From Phoronis australis (taxonomy: Eukaryota > Animalia > Phoronida), in contig NMRA01000616.1 of assembly GCA_002633005.1 (NCBI GenBank), forward strand, positions 109,259 to 173,258: a stretch of DNA of 64,000 nucleotides. Direction: 5' to 3'. Every line of letters begins with the position of its first letter. The first letter of the stretch is position 1. The notes under the pieces are model-generated. The model was not told the origin of the DNA and searched no databases. It was given only the letters and a program-made list of their open reading frames with translations. Positions 13,559 to 28,500 of this stretch are shown in pieces. The translations under genes were made by a program, and so were the position numbers.

Positions 13559-16500
13559 GTGACTTGAGATAAACTGAAATCTTCACAGTTTATACATTTT
13601 ACTGTACTCCATCCCTTCATTACCACAGTTGCTGTTGCTGTTAGGTTTATTGTTGTACTCAGTTACTGTTCAATTACTTAGGTTTTCTGTTAAATGTTGG
13701 AGTTTGTTTCCGCAGCATTTCATTGCGCGCGGCAATTACCACCACAATTTTGAAGTGTATCACACGCTATGCATGACGTAACATTCCGCGAGACTGTGCC
13801 GACGCTAACCAAGAAATGGAGTTTCATGAATGCTGGACGATGAGCATTGTTCTTGTGGGTTTTCTCTTTTGCTACTGCTGGAAACTCATCGAATTGCAAT
13901 ATGCGAAGGATCTGATTTGCTTTTTAAAGAAGATTACGCGTTTGATGAACTGCGATGAAGAATCAGGTAAATAGGCTAGTATCCGATTGATGTGTAGTCA
14001 ATGCTTACCAGGGACCCTGAATCAGTGGTCGAATATAGTAGCTCTTGAATTAGACAACCAGTTCCATCCATTAAATAACCAACCGTTAGAAATCAGTGTT
14101 GACTGGTTCTCAAAATTTGGCCCACAGAAACTAGAAGATTCACCCTGACCCTAGCCGTCACAACTTGTCCACCCGAGGACTTGGAGTAATGTGACACAGG
14201 TCCTAACGCACGGTTTCCACAAAATTCAAGATTGTTCTAAAACCCCCTCGACCCCCACACCCCACGACCCCCTCGACTCACGACCCCCTCGACTCACGGC
14301 CCACAACCCCCTCGACCCAGTCCACACTCGATCTGACCATTGAACAAGCCACACGTCCTGGCTCCAGAAGTACATGTATCTGTTGTGTTAGTCACTGTTG
14401 TTTTCAGAAAACACGAAGACTAGACTTCCTGCTACTACCTTACGGAGAGGTTGCTGTAAAACTTTGTTTTAGCATTGACATTTAATTGAGCCAGGTGTGA
14501 TGGGTTGCAGTTTGTCAACAGTGTTTTTAGGTGGTGTGCGTCAAGTACGCTATAGATGTCCCATCAGAATCATAGGATCACATCTTGTGTCATAAGTCAA
14601 GAGAAATCCCTTTCTGACAGGAATTTGAGCAGGGGAACCTCAGCATTCTGAAGTGATGCACTAGTCCAGCAGCATTATTTCTATTCTAGCGAGGCCCTTA
14701 CGTTATTGAAATATACCCAGCATCGGATGTACATGTACTTCTTTTTGAGCTTGTAAATATTAGAAGTATTAATAAATACGATGCAACCATGCATCTCTGA
14801 TGTGCTATTTACTATGATACTTAGTTCGAGAGGTGTACATGAATTTCCAAACTACATTTTTCACCAAAAAAACATACTTGATACTGGTCTATTTTTGGAA
14901 AATCGTGTCTCCTGCGGTTTCTTAGTTGCTCGCTTTTACAAACAAGAAAATCCACCCGAGACGAGCAAAATGGTGGAGCATTTGTGTGTGTTTTTAGTGA
15001 ACCCTTGGCAAGTTATGGCATTTGGGACTTTGTTATCCTTGCTTACATGCACGGACCGTTGCTTTTTTGCAGCTTTTCTAAAAGAACACGAGACCTTGAC
15101 TGAAAGTTATTCAGGTGGACTTTTTAGTGTTATCTTTGTAGTTAGTGAGCGTAGCTCTGACGACGAGGTCGGGTACAGATACTTTTTATAATATTTATTA
15201 CGAAATCTTCAATACAATGAATATGCATTGCTCATAAAGCGCCAAGAGGTGTTATCTGGGTTAAGTAAATTCAAAGAAATCTTTATAACATTATTATACA
15301 CAAACATACATTAGAGCGTTGGTCTGACAGTGAGTTCGGTTACAGACCATCACCAACGATGACGTGTTTCGTGTGGTCTTCGTAAAAATGACTGATGAAA
15401 TATATCAGGTCCTTGTCAACGGGTCGATACTTCTGCATCCCGTTTCATGAAACATTTTCTATCTTAACCTAACCAGAAATCGAGCTAACCAACGCGTCTT
15501 AGCCCCTTTTCATGAAAATTAAAGTAAGGTCAAAATCGGTTGAAGTTAAGACAGAAATTTGGCCTTCTACAAAGTGGGCTAAAGAATGTTTTTTTGGTCT
15601 AAATGACTAAAACTTACGACTACATGTATCATTATTGTAAACTATTGAGAAAGTTTTTACAACCTATTGCATTGAAAATTGTCTGTTTTCTATTCCAGAA
15701 CCGGCACCTCAGTGACAGGGCAGTACAACTTACCTGTACTTGTGAAATGATATTTTCTAGTAGTACCAGTGTCTTGTCAAGTAAACTAGACCTCAATTGT
15801 ATCCAGAATATTGTAAATATATCTTCAAGTTTCAAGACCAAGGTTATTCTTGAAATCGTATTTCAAACACCACCTCTTTTAGTTTTGTAAATTCGCAACC
15901 AGTGGCGAAAGGGTATTTTGTGTATTCACCTATTTCACGAACTGATTTAATTTTAAATTGAAGACAGGTATTCGTCTTTTCTTTGCTCGTAGCTCTAATT
16001 TCGATCTCAACAGTACATTTTTTGATGTTGAGTCACTTATGTTTGATGTTTCGTCACTTAATTGAAAGGTGTACATTTTTACCTAAGCTGAGCAGACACA
16101 TCATTTTACCAAAATATTACTTTTTGAACACAATAAATTTGGTTGTAATCGGATTTCATGATGAAAAACTGCCTCTGGCCCAGTATTGTCACTGCAGGCA
16201 AAAAGCTGATTTTTAGTATCTTATTGGTGTGGTTATCACGTTTTTATTGCAGGACCCATTTAAATATTTTGAACTACTGTAAAATATCAAGAAATATGCT
16301 GAGAACCAGTCATATTACCTGTAATATAAGACGTTGTTCAAGGCGGTGTTTAAATTGCTGTAAGCATACTTAGTAAATATGGTCAGGTGTCCCTTAAAAC
16401 TGCTATTGATTCAACAGTTTTTGAAGTAGACAGTCTTCATAAAGGTGGTCTCGATTTAATATGCAGAAAGTTGAGTCTTTACTGAACTGGTAGTTAGACG

Positions 16501-19500
16501 CTTGTCAGCACAGGGAGTGTCTTCTGGAATGTCATCAATTTCCAACGCTAAATCTTCCTTCTCCACCTCCTGCTGCTTCTCTCCCTGTTTTTCCTGGTTG
16601 TGCAAAGCCGAAATGCTTTGGGTTTGGTTTTAATTTGATTGGCCCTCTGACAACTTTTCTACAAATACATGTACAGGAACTTAAACAGTACACACCATGG
16701 ATTTTTGCACATTTTGAATTACCGGTGGCCACACACTAAATGTATGACGTAAAATTTAGCTAAACCCATGTTTATTTTGTACAATTAGCTCGAAATTTTG
16801 ATTTTTCTTTCAATTTTGCCGATTTTCACAAATCCCGCCATGTGACGTCATGGGTTGAGCACAAGAGATCAGTGACTAGCATTGAACAATGGCGGAGAGC
16901 AGTGACTTTGAAAGCGACGACGATTATGAGCAAGAATTGAATGAATACTATGAAGAAACGTACGGGAATGGTAGCCAGGATGAGGAAATGGGATTGCACG
17001 AAAGCGAGAACAAGTTTGATGTGCTTCCGGCTGCGTACTTTTATACTTTGAGCCTTACGAACTGGATCCTCCCGCGAGAGAAGCGGCCTCGGGCTCGGTG
17101 AGTCAACCCATCATCCAACAGACGATCCTGAATTAAGAGCCGATGTTTCTGAATGATAAATATTGTCCTTTATTGAACCGGGCCTTCACCGTAACATCTC
17201 CTGTGACTGGAGTCGAAACACGAGTCCTCAAATTCGGCAAAACACAGAGTGGCCCCGGACCGAATCGCTTGGTCCATGATGAGCTCCCATACTCTTGTTC
17301 GGCGCACGAAGCTATGCCACTTCTGCGCAACTTTGGTGTCCTTCGGAACACCGAGACGTTCTCCGCCTGGCTGCTGTTGCTGCAGCCTCTGGCAACACAT
17401 CTTTTGATCCCTCTACGAACCTTCTCGACGCTAAATGTACTTTGCTTTCACTTCACTCTATACACTTTGTCTCTGATCCGAACAGTATGGCGAACGACTT
17501 GGGTTCAACCCATGACGTTGTACATAATTATCATTTTTTCAATTTTTGCGTCTTTCTTTATGAGCTGTGCACTAAAGGCACTGAAATCAAGTAAGATTTA
17601 ACAATAAAATTTATTTTGAGGTAATAGAGTCATGTTGTATACACTTTAAAACGAGCCTTGATGTTTTATTTTCCATTCGGCTGTAAACATGGGAAAATGT
17701 TAACATTTTCACGTGTTGAAAGTAGGCGGGTCATTGGACATCCAATTACTCATGACGTAGCAAATATCGGGTGGAGAGCTATTGACTCAGCATGTGGAGA
17801 TGTTTAAGGTACCAAAAACTGCTGCGTAGTTGCAATTAACGATACGGCGGAATAAAAGCTATTTTAAGCCTCTTTGCACACGGCGGCAACGAATCTCACT
17901 GATGCTATTCCCACCGTGACTACTGTACAAGCCGTTACGGCTGCTGGTGTTGTGTTCAGTTGATAAAAATTGATGTAAATAAAAAGTTTATATAAATATG
18001 TTTTTCGATTCCCGAACATATCATCCAGGACGCCAGGGCCTTAAACGAGCGTCAAACAGGGAGGTTGATCAACTGGGCTTCTACAAGTCAGTGTCAGATT
18101 TTCTCCTGATGCGGGTGACTCGAGTTTGCTCACTACGGTCTGGAACGATGAGCCTTGGCTGGCGTCAGCAATTCAGATTTTGACCCCGATTCCTAAAAAG
18201 GAGACAGTTAATATACGTGTCAAATGTCCAATCTGGTTCTGGCTATCCAGTCTAATTTTAAATTCGCACTTTCACAGACAAGACAAAGTTCTTATTGCAT
18301 TCGTCTAAAGGAAATGCGTTTCAGACACTTCGAGTGAAAAAAGGTTGTCCTCCTATCAGAGGAGATGAATTTGTTTGAATAGTGAAAGTCACGGAATTAA
18401 CACAATGCGATCGGCTTGTAAAGTGCGTTGTGGAGAAACTTGACATTCCAGCTATTTATTTTGTGCAATTGAATTAGGCACGGTACCATGATCCAGATAG
18501 AAATTACCTAACTCAAAGCAGCTCTTTTGGCCTCAGGACAAAACCTTGCTTTGCAATACTAAGACACACTTCTCATGCTAATGGTAGAAATGATTTGGTA
18601 TCACAGAAAGGGAAACTGCGAGAACTTTGTGGGAGTTAGAATCCAGACGAACATGTTTATGTCGTAGCTACGATTGAAGAACGTCTATATTTAAAAATTA
18701 AAGCCATCTTCCACTGCAATTAAGCATTCGTGAACCATGCATTTTGTGATTTTCATTTTTAACTTCTATTTGTCTTGAGGCGTCAATTTCCTTATTGTCA
18801 TTTATTTTTCTGGCCAGTTCAGAAACGGATTTGAAGTCCCTATGAAACCTGCACAACATTTAAAGCGCCTTTCCTTTCTGGTCCAATAAATTGGGTTGAA
18901 ATGTCTCGGAAGTAGTGGAATCCTAGTTGGGATTCGTATGAATATTTTAATTCTTTTCTCAGCTGGGCAATTAGGTTGAAATGTGTCTCTGTGAAAAAAG
19001 ATTAATCTGTATGAACCACGTACAACATTTTTCAATTTTGTTTTAAAATAATTGAGTTGCTTACAGCTCTCGTTTTCTTTCCTATGCAGCGAAAAGCCAA
19101 GCACTAGATAACGTTTGTTACACGTCTGCCTGTACCATGGTGGCCGGCTCTTTACTAACGGATATGGACCCTATGGCAGACCCTTGCGAGGATTTTGTAC
19201 AATACGCATGTGGTGGGTGGATCAAAACACATCCCATACCAGAAGGACATTCAAGCTTAAACAGGATGACAGACTTGAAGTTGAAAAATGAACAAGCCAT
19301 CAAGGGAGTTTTAGGCAAGTATTTCATTGCGCCGGTACTTTATTTCAACGTAGCCTACATGTTTATAACCCACTTCAAGCGATCCTGATAATCGTGCTCA
19401 TTGGATACGTATTTCGTCCGTTTCCGGGCGAAGTTATCATGTGCATTACTTCATATGGTGACTTTTATCCCACAGCATTGAATAAGTCGAGTGCAATACG

Positions 19501-22500
19501 GCCAAGTGATTTGTTTTCTGTATTGCACTCCCGGGACTACTTTAACAGAGTTATCCGTGTTCTCAGAAAAGCCTTTGGCCAAGCTAAACGGTGAGGCGGA
19601 CAAGAAAGCTAAACGATACTACATGTCTTGCATGGATGAAACCGAGATATTAGAAGAACTGGGTGCTCAACCGTTGTTAGATTTAATCCGGTGGGTAACC
19701 GTATAAGGTAACTGGATGGAATACATTTTACGTCTTTTCGTTTTCAATATTAGTAATATTTTTGGCAAACAGAAACTACACAGAACAGGTACTGCTTTGA
19801 AATTGTTGTATGTGTGATACATTCCCTTTTTTGCAAAATGAAGCATTGATTTTTTGTTTTATGTTTTGTGACAGTTTGATGAAAGATACAATGGCATTGA
19901 TATTGCCAGCTTTGCTCATCGGCAGTTACATGTTACTCTAGTCACGCGTTTTACTTCTCAAAAGTTCAAGTATCCAATCAGAGACAAGTTAAATTTAGCT
20001 ACTGTGCCCTAGGTAATCAAGATTGAGATTTTTGCTCGTGCTCATCACACTATATTTTGAGCTTGCAAGGAGCATAGTAAAGGATGTTAACAAGTTTTAT
20101 GAAGAATGGCATCTCTCGCACTCTTCCAAACTTATTCTATTTTTATATAGTTAGGTTACGTTGGCCTCATCGAAGTTTAGTTGGATGTTGCGTTCACCAT
20201 TATGTTTAATCGTGACGTTATGTGAAACTGGAAATTACACACAGGCACCAAAATTACAGATGTCCATGTCTTAATATGGATGTTACGAGAGTTTTTTTTA
20301 TCTACCCTCTACATGTTCTGGCCAGTTTAACTCGAATACACTTCAGTGTGTAGTTCATGATACACAGTGGAAAGGCTTCCTATCTCCATGATCCCCTTAG
20401 TTGTATCATCCACTGTCTCCCGGTTTAGGTCTTTGGGTGGATGCAACATAAGTTCACTCACTGGTAGGTGGGATGCATCAACCTTTGACCTCAACGCGTT
20501 TCTACAACAGCTTGGACCGTTCATGGTCTTTCCTTTCTTCAAATGGGAAACATTCAGTGGATTACATATAATAAGGGTGAGTGAATAGTTGCTCTGTCAA
20601 TGTTACACCATGGTTACGGTTGAATGGTTTCTCCGTGTTCACTGCTAGAAAGGACCTAGAAAGGCCTAAATAATAGCACTGTTCAATATCGAGACACAAA
20701 TTGGTTTTCCGACTAAAGTTTTGGATCAGTCTTTCAGTACCAAACCACACCATCAGATGTAAAGGTCACACAAGTCATTTTTGGTCTCGTGGTTTGCTTG
20801 GACAATAAAATGAGCCTGCTGGTACAATAACCCGAATTTTACAATTATTGTTGGTCACTTCTCTGCTCTCAAACTTTTACATTCCAGATATAGCACTCCA
20901 AAAAGCAACAATGGTTACTTACAACCACGAGTCCATACAGTTGGATCCAGAATTTCCTGGTCACTTCAGAAAAAAGATTTGAACATATTTAGCGACATTT
21001 CATCGTTATTGAAACCGTCGTATTGTATTTAAGGATTCTTTTACTAGTAATCACATTCGGTCACCTCATATAATGTTCTTGACCATCAACACATGTTCAC
21101 TCCAAGTATGTGTACTTATCACCTTCCACACAATGACGGGAGACGCGTGAATACAACGAATGGAGACTTTTTAGAGAGTAACTACATAGCCTTCTATTTC
21201 GAAAAAGAAGGTATATTGCTGCACAAAATAAATAGTAGGGCTATGGAGGAGAAAAATTCCATGACTGAAAGGTAAGGACACGCGATCCCCAGGGGCACAA
21301 CGCTAAGATTTCACCTGTTGCTCCACCATCTTGTTTGTTATTCTTTATATTTGTACCCACCTTGAAAACAACTGCTATCCTTTTAGCGTATGTTAATGTT
21401 AAAATTAAGATAATTGTATTTTTGCACGTCGGGTGACACTTCTCTTTAATGCAATGTCGGAATGACACACCCTCTTGTTGAGGCACACAATGCAAACATG
21501 TCCCATGCTCCGTGCAAAAACATGTTTATATTTCCTTCGATTTTGCAATGAATATTGAGTAGCTGTTAGGTTGTGTTCCAAGCTTATCACATGACTAAGG
21601 CACAATGTAACTAGAATTGGCAGAGGCCAGCGCAGTGTTTAGCAGCACTCATCAATTTCGTGTATTACTTCGTAACTTATTCTTGCACTCTGTTACCCTT
21701 TTGCCGTTGTACTTGCTTAACTGTCGTCAAATGAATGAATTGAAAGAAAGAAATGAGACCTGAATAACCTTGGCGAGAATATGTTTGCACTTATTTGCAG
21801 CTTATACCGTGGGGTTTGACGTTGGATGCTCCAAGCTGGTATTTCAGTAACACAACTATTGAGGAAGACAAGGTAGGGCTAGCTCACCAAAAACATTTTC
21901 GTCAAATTTATTCCATGGTATTTATAAATTCGTCCTTGCTTTACTTATCTTACTGTCTGCTTGTTAACTTTCAGCACCTGGGCTCTCTGTTGAAGTACAT
22001 GATCAGAATCGGAGAACTTCTTGGTGCTCCCACAGACGGCGCTACACATACCCAGTTTGTGAAACTAATACAGTTTGAAATACAACTGGCCAAAGTAAGT
22101 TGACACTGTTTAAGGTATTTGCAATATGGATATAACCGAAAACCTACATTGGGCTCTTTTTCATGTAATTTATTACTTTTCAAGGTTCCCCATTTGCACT
22201 GAATGTTCTCGGAGTTCAGAAGTGTCGAAATATTGAATTAATGTAACTTGATTGAATCTTTTCAATTCATTAGCAGGAATGACATTGAAACTGTGCAATG
22301 GTTTCAATATGTATATTTTCTGCCAATAGAATGAGTTTTTTGTGTTCAAGTAATGCAGTGTAACTATTTACAAGCATATAGCGAAACCTTACGGATTTTT
22401 GAAACAGGGTGAACTAAGCAGTTGGGATAAGATCGTATAAGGTACGGGCTGATAAGGACTACAGACAATTGGGATTTCCTTAATATAAATTACTTCGAAC

Positions 22501-25500
22501 TGTGCAGGCTGATGCAGCATTTGCAACACGTGCTGTAAGTTTTGTTTTGTTATTTAATTCAATACTTTCGTGGAATGATTTAGTCACTTACAAATCTATT
22601 AAATGTCACAATACAGATCTTGGCAGAAAACAAGAAAACTATCTTCTGGTTTTATATCTGAAGAAATACCATGGCCTTAAAATCAGATAAAAGCTTATAG
22701 TCTTATATTCCGGATCGTTGCTTTTTCAGTGTTTTCAAAAATGCATTATTTGGCTTCTATGCGGGTAAATTTATGCCATAATTGGACATTAAAAAATGGA
22801 AATAATTGGAGGCGGCCTGGTACACGTTGTACCAGACGTTCGCAGGCCGCTTATGTGGGTCCATTACGCTGATCACCTGGGTTATTAATAAGTACATGTA
22901 GTTAAAACGGACCTGAGGATTTAGAGACCAGAGAAGTCAAACAATGTGCCCAGTGTGGTTTGAGCCCACGACCTTGTGAAGTAAGCGGACTCTTTTCCCA
23001 CTAGGCCACCCTGCCTTTTCCTGTAGGATCCTGGAAAATTATTCAGTTCGTCCAACTTGGCCAGATCTTATCTCAAAAGTGGCTGAGCGTATTCTTGTCT
23101 CCAAAACGCTGTTAGGAAGTATTTTTGTAATCTACTTTTGCATGACGGACTATGAAAATTATAAAAAAAGAGCTCGGGTGGTCTGATGTCTACTGCAGTG
23201 CACCAGACGTGCGCAGGCCTAATGGTTAGGGCCATTGCACAAAACTCTTGACCTTAAACTCACGTGAGCCCTGTTGTGGATCAACAGGTTTTTCGTGAAG
23301 GAAGTTTTCAAAACTGCATGTATCTTTTAATTAAAAGGACAGCCTTTTCCATTTTTTGCCATGCACTACATGTTTTTGTAGTAGACACGTACCGGTGTCA
23401 CCCTACCGAAGCTCTTCCACCTCTCCTTTATGCGTGACAAAAGATTTTAAGCAGATTTAGTGAATATTTACCTTGTCAATTTTTAAGTGTCATCACGACA
23501 GGTGCTGTGCCGGAGTGTGGCCAATGAAATGCTCAAATTTTATGTCATTAAATTAATTTTTGACATGTGTCGTGTCTGTATGCGCTTTCTAAAATTAACG
23601 ACAGGTAATTTAATCGATGTCACCACGGAAAATTCGGACACATTACTTAATCAAATGTAAGCCTATCAACCCCTTGTAGTCATTCTGCGTTCATGTTACG
23701 TTATCTATTTCATTCTTTTCTTCCCTCATATCCTGTAAAATATCAAGGTATTATACGTTATTCTGTAGATAGCCTTCGGAATCCACTTGAGGTCCACTCT
23801 GAGGCGAGTGTCATTTCAAAATGTTACTTCACCTGTGGTAAGTACCTTGCCATTTGAGTGCTGTTGTAATTTTGTATGTAGTTAGTACTTCTGTGGTTTC
23901 CCCAGGAGCGGTAACTATTTGAGCAATGTTCCAATAAGAATGGATGTTCTTACTTTCAATGAAATTCTACGTGATCAATAGACTCATTAGTTCTAGCTGG
24001 GACACTGTACTCGATTGAGTCAATTTATGCGCTATCTTCATAGCATGTTACATGGATTCTCTATTACCAAGCTTAGACGAGCTGAAATGGAGTATTTTTG
24101 GTACTCAATCACTCTCTCCATGTTTTAACGCCCAACTAATTAAGGTGCCAAAATATGTCTTAGCAATTTTCAGATCGACTGGTTACAGTTCTTCAATGCC
24201 TCATCAATGTCTGTGAGTGATTACGATATAGTGGTGTCACCTATATACTATCCTGCACTAAACGACTTACTGCGGCACATGCTGCAAACAGAAGGCGGAA
24301 ACAAGTGAGTCTGCAAAGAATCCAATCTCAAAGACAATGAAAGTGAAATGTGTAGGTCACGCAGCTACGAACGGCCAAAGGATTCCTAAACGAGTACCTT
24401 TCTTTGCTTATAAATGTACTTAATATACGGGAACTTTTAGTTCTTAAAGGATCATCGTTCTGATCTTAATATTTTTACAAGTACTTTAGACAGTGCCACC
24501 TTCTCAACTGGCCCCAGTAGAGGCGGTGACGCTCCTATACCTTAGTCATCTTACTACAAGCACCTTTTGCGCATAGAGAGACACTTTGGGAGGATGTCGA
24601 TGTCTAAATCCTCCCAACTTGAACAAAGTCGCGAACCTTTTATCTGGGAGTCCTTTGTTCAGTTGCCCAAATAACCATTTGTAACAATGTGAACACTCCT
24701 GGCGTGCATGGTAAAAATAGGTCGAGATTAGACTATATGAACTGATTAAAAGCACGCATTGATTAAGTAAAACTACGCATAGATAAGCAAAATTTCGCTT
24801 TGAATAAGAGCAAACGATGATCGTTTAAGAAATAAAAGTACGTGTAAGATTGAGCAAAAGTACCCGTAGATTAAAAACATTTCTATGCGGAGAAAGGTAC
24901 TCGTTTAAGAACCCTTTGGCGCTTCATCAAGTACTTCATCACTTTTGAAATGCTACACTTTGGGTTGGATAATAAAAAGTAGTAGCACGACATTTAATAT
25001 TAAAAAAGTATTTTATTTGTAGGTCTTTAAATTTTTGTGTCGGTAGTCAATTCCATTGACATTCCAGTGCCCAGAAAAATGGTTTTTCAGTTTTCTCTTA
25101 TCGCCACCTGGCGACAAGAGCGACTAGAAGTCCGTCATCGCAGCCGGCGGCATAAGGGAGAAGTTTTTACTGGGTGATACATTTTAAACAACAAAGAAAT
25201 TACGTCCTTGTCCTCTGGAGGTCTCAGATATCCGATTCCACGGAGTTGTTCTAAAACCCCCTCGACCCAACACCCCACGACACCCCGCGCGACCCGCACG
25301 ACCCCCAACCTTCTCGACCCTTGACCTGTGGCGATACGGGTATCTTTTAGGCTTTTTACAAATTCGATAGTCTTATCATGTCGCTGAGCGGCTTTGCCAT
25401 AAGGCTTACCTACACGAATGGTGATTAAAAGTGGCGTAAGAACATGATCTGAAATGGCGGATTGTGTGTGCTGTCGTTGTCACGGAAATAGTTCCATGAC

Positions 25501-28500
25501 CCTGTTCTAGGAAGAGTACGTTAACGTGTATACATGCAAATTCACACTTTTATCATGCGCGCACCCAGGGGGGGGGGGNGCAAAAAGGTCCGTCTCAGAG
25601 AAATAAAAAGTCTGAGAAAACGAGACAAAAGTCCACTAAGAAGGCGCAGACGCGTAAGTCACAGTTCTGAAGGTGGTTCCCTTTTTTAGTCTTGCCGCTT
25701 TTCGCTTTTTTGTCACAAAAGTCCACAATCATCGTCAGAAATTCGAGCCTCCCCATATAAAAGGCTGAGAGCGCACATGTTTATTATTTGCTTTCTGGCG
25801 TATACACTCGTTAACATTATACTACATGTAACTTTGAGATGCCTCTTTTAGTTAACAGTTTGTTTTCAAACTGTATTTACTGAAAAAAATACATGTGCGT
25901 TGCCTTCTCGCACTCTCCCATAAAGCGTGAACCTGCCATTTACTGAAGAGCTGACGAAGCGATTAAACTCTGCCGGGAACGAGACGATTTGTAACGTTGG
26001 TAGGTCTTTGATTTGATTTGGTCGTGTTTTTCTTTCTCTATTTTGCTTTCAGATATGCCAAATTGACTCTCTTCGTGGGTCGTGGGTCCAGTGGTCGTGT
26101 ATACGGGTGTTGAGGAGTTTTAGAACAACCCAGTAACACGTGATAAATCTCCAGGTTGCTGCTTGAAAGTCTCCCATTTACTACACTATGCAACATCAAG
26201 TGGCTGACAACCAGTATTTATGCAATACACCAATTATAACGGCAGCATGCAGTAGGGCAAATGGTCTATTGATTCACCAAATTGTGGATAGATGCCACAG
26301 AGAAGGCGCGGTTGTAATTTGGAAAATTGTAATACATGGTTTCAATTTACAGGAAATCTAAGAAAATGGTCTTCTCTTTATTGTTATCTATAACCGCAAA
26401 ATGTCGCTTTTCTAAATTTTAGATAAAATCAAAAATATTTTTTTTCTGTTCTAATCAGTAATGAAACCCTTTTATCTGTAGCAATACTCATCAAACATGT
26501 TGGGGATGAGAATTTCCCACTAGTACATACGCATTTATATGTCATTGAGTCTTCTGCTGATGCATTTTCTTGTCCCAAGATATGTTTTGCTACAAATTTA
26601 CCTTACAATTATTTGACCTCAATTTGTTGCATCAGAACTTCAGTTAGTTCCGTATTAAAGTCTATTATATTCTCAACGAATGCTTCATGCCATTTCAGCA
26701 CTCTTCGTAACTACATGATGTGGACGGTCGTTCACAATTTCGTCCCTTATTTGTCCTCACAGTTCCGAGAGGCACTGAGACTGTTTCAAAATGCTCAATT
26801 AGGTAAGCATGGCTGCGTTCAGCAAGACGCGTTTCGTTTGAGTGTGGTAACATCGCATAAGCTGTCGTAAGATATCGCCGTTCTTCGCAAGCGGGGGAGC
26901 ACACGATATCCTTCATTCGTAAGGTGTTCATGTTACCCAGCTTAAAGTGGCAATGGGTGACTGGAGTTTTGACATCATAGTAGTGTTCGTGGTGGATTAT
27001 GGGTCTCCTGGCAGTAAATGCAAATCGAGACGATGTTCAGTCCTCGGCTTTGGATGTGGCTGACATTTGTGCTTCAGCTGACGCAACTCGTGCAATGTCT
27101 CTGGTACCAATGCGTCAACAGGCGACCCTAAATTTATTATATACTGTTAGTGCGGCAACGTTCTCACTGGTAGTAGCTCATGCTTTCAAGTCGTCACGTG
27201 GAATCGTTTCTCCATAAACTGCCCAATGCTGATCCTGCTTTCGGTCTATTCAGCTGTTAAATTATGGTACCTTTATGCATTGGTAACACTTGCAGCTGGT
27301 TTCATAAATGTGGTTTCATAGAACCAGGTTCAAGACATAAGCCTGGCCGTCTAAAACAACGTCTAATTTTGACGTAATTTGCATTTCACCAAAAAGCTTG
27401 AAAGAATGGTTTTGTTAAACCGGGGAGCTGGTTTATCTAAACCATGTTAAAAGTATCTAATGTACCCTAGCGTGTCGATTAAGATTAACTCAATAAAGAA
27501 ACTACGAAATACTTCAATGGAAGCTTGATTATGTGGGTACAAACAGCAGGCAGTAATACAATCAGCACATCCTTTTGCTGGTTAGAAAAAAGCCATCGTT
27601 ATAGAGAAAAAGAAAACTGACACCAACTCAGTCAGTGTAAGAAGCAGACTTAGCTTGACATTGTCAAGACTGAATACACTTTCCCACAATCGGTAAAATG
27701 AAAGAAGAAGACTTAAAAAGTCATTGAAATGCTCAAAAGTGAAGACAAGAAAGGATTTTTTATCATTAAACAAAGTTGCAAAAAAACGTTGGGGGAGCAG
27801 TGGCGTATCTGGAATATCATGAGAGGACTGACATTTTTTATTTTGTGATATATGTGCCCAACACAAACACACAAAGAAAATGTGCAGGCGCACAATTAGC
27901 CGCAACGTAATAAAAGTATATTTCTGTGTTACCCTTGTTTTCCATTTTCACTAATAATTGTCAGTGGTCACTCTTGGTGGCTGCAGGACCCCTCAAACCC
28001 AACTAAATCCGCCACCGGGAACAAAGAAGCTGGTGGATTTCAGAAGAATCGAGCAGTAATTGACTTGCTCGGGATGCCGCGTTAAGTCACGTCTGTAACG
28101 TTTGCCCACGAAGACGACCTGCTCCATCAGTTGTGTTCAGGGGAGTCCGAAGGACATTCTGCAACAAATACCGATCACGTTCAAGTCCTTGTCAACTTTC
28201 AATTGAAAATGGTCTATTCTTGTACCAAAGTTGCTTCGGTGATGCAAACTACGGTGTCTTTCAACTGGACGGTTGAGCACACGTATATCGCAGAAATTTT
28301 TAACAATGTTAAAACGTGGGTCTGACAAGGGCTAAAGTTAAACGTGGTTGAACTAGATCTTCATAACAAATCCAAGAATTAAAAAACCTTAATGGTGAAA
28401 TTGAAACGGGCTTAGGCTAGTTTTAAACAAACTATGTTAGACCACTGGTCTAAAATTTTTACCACTCTCATGAAGTGCAGATTATCTTTAACCTTGACAT

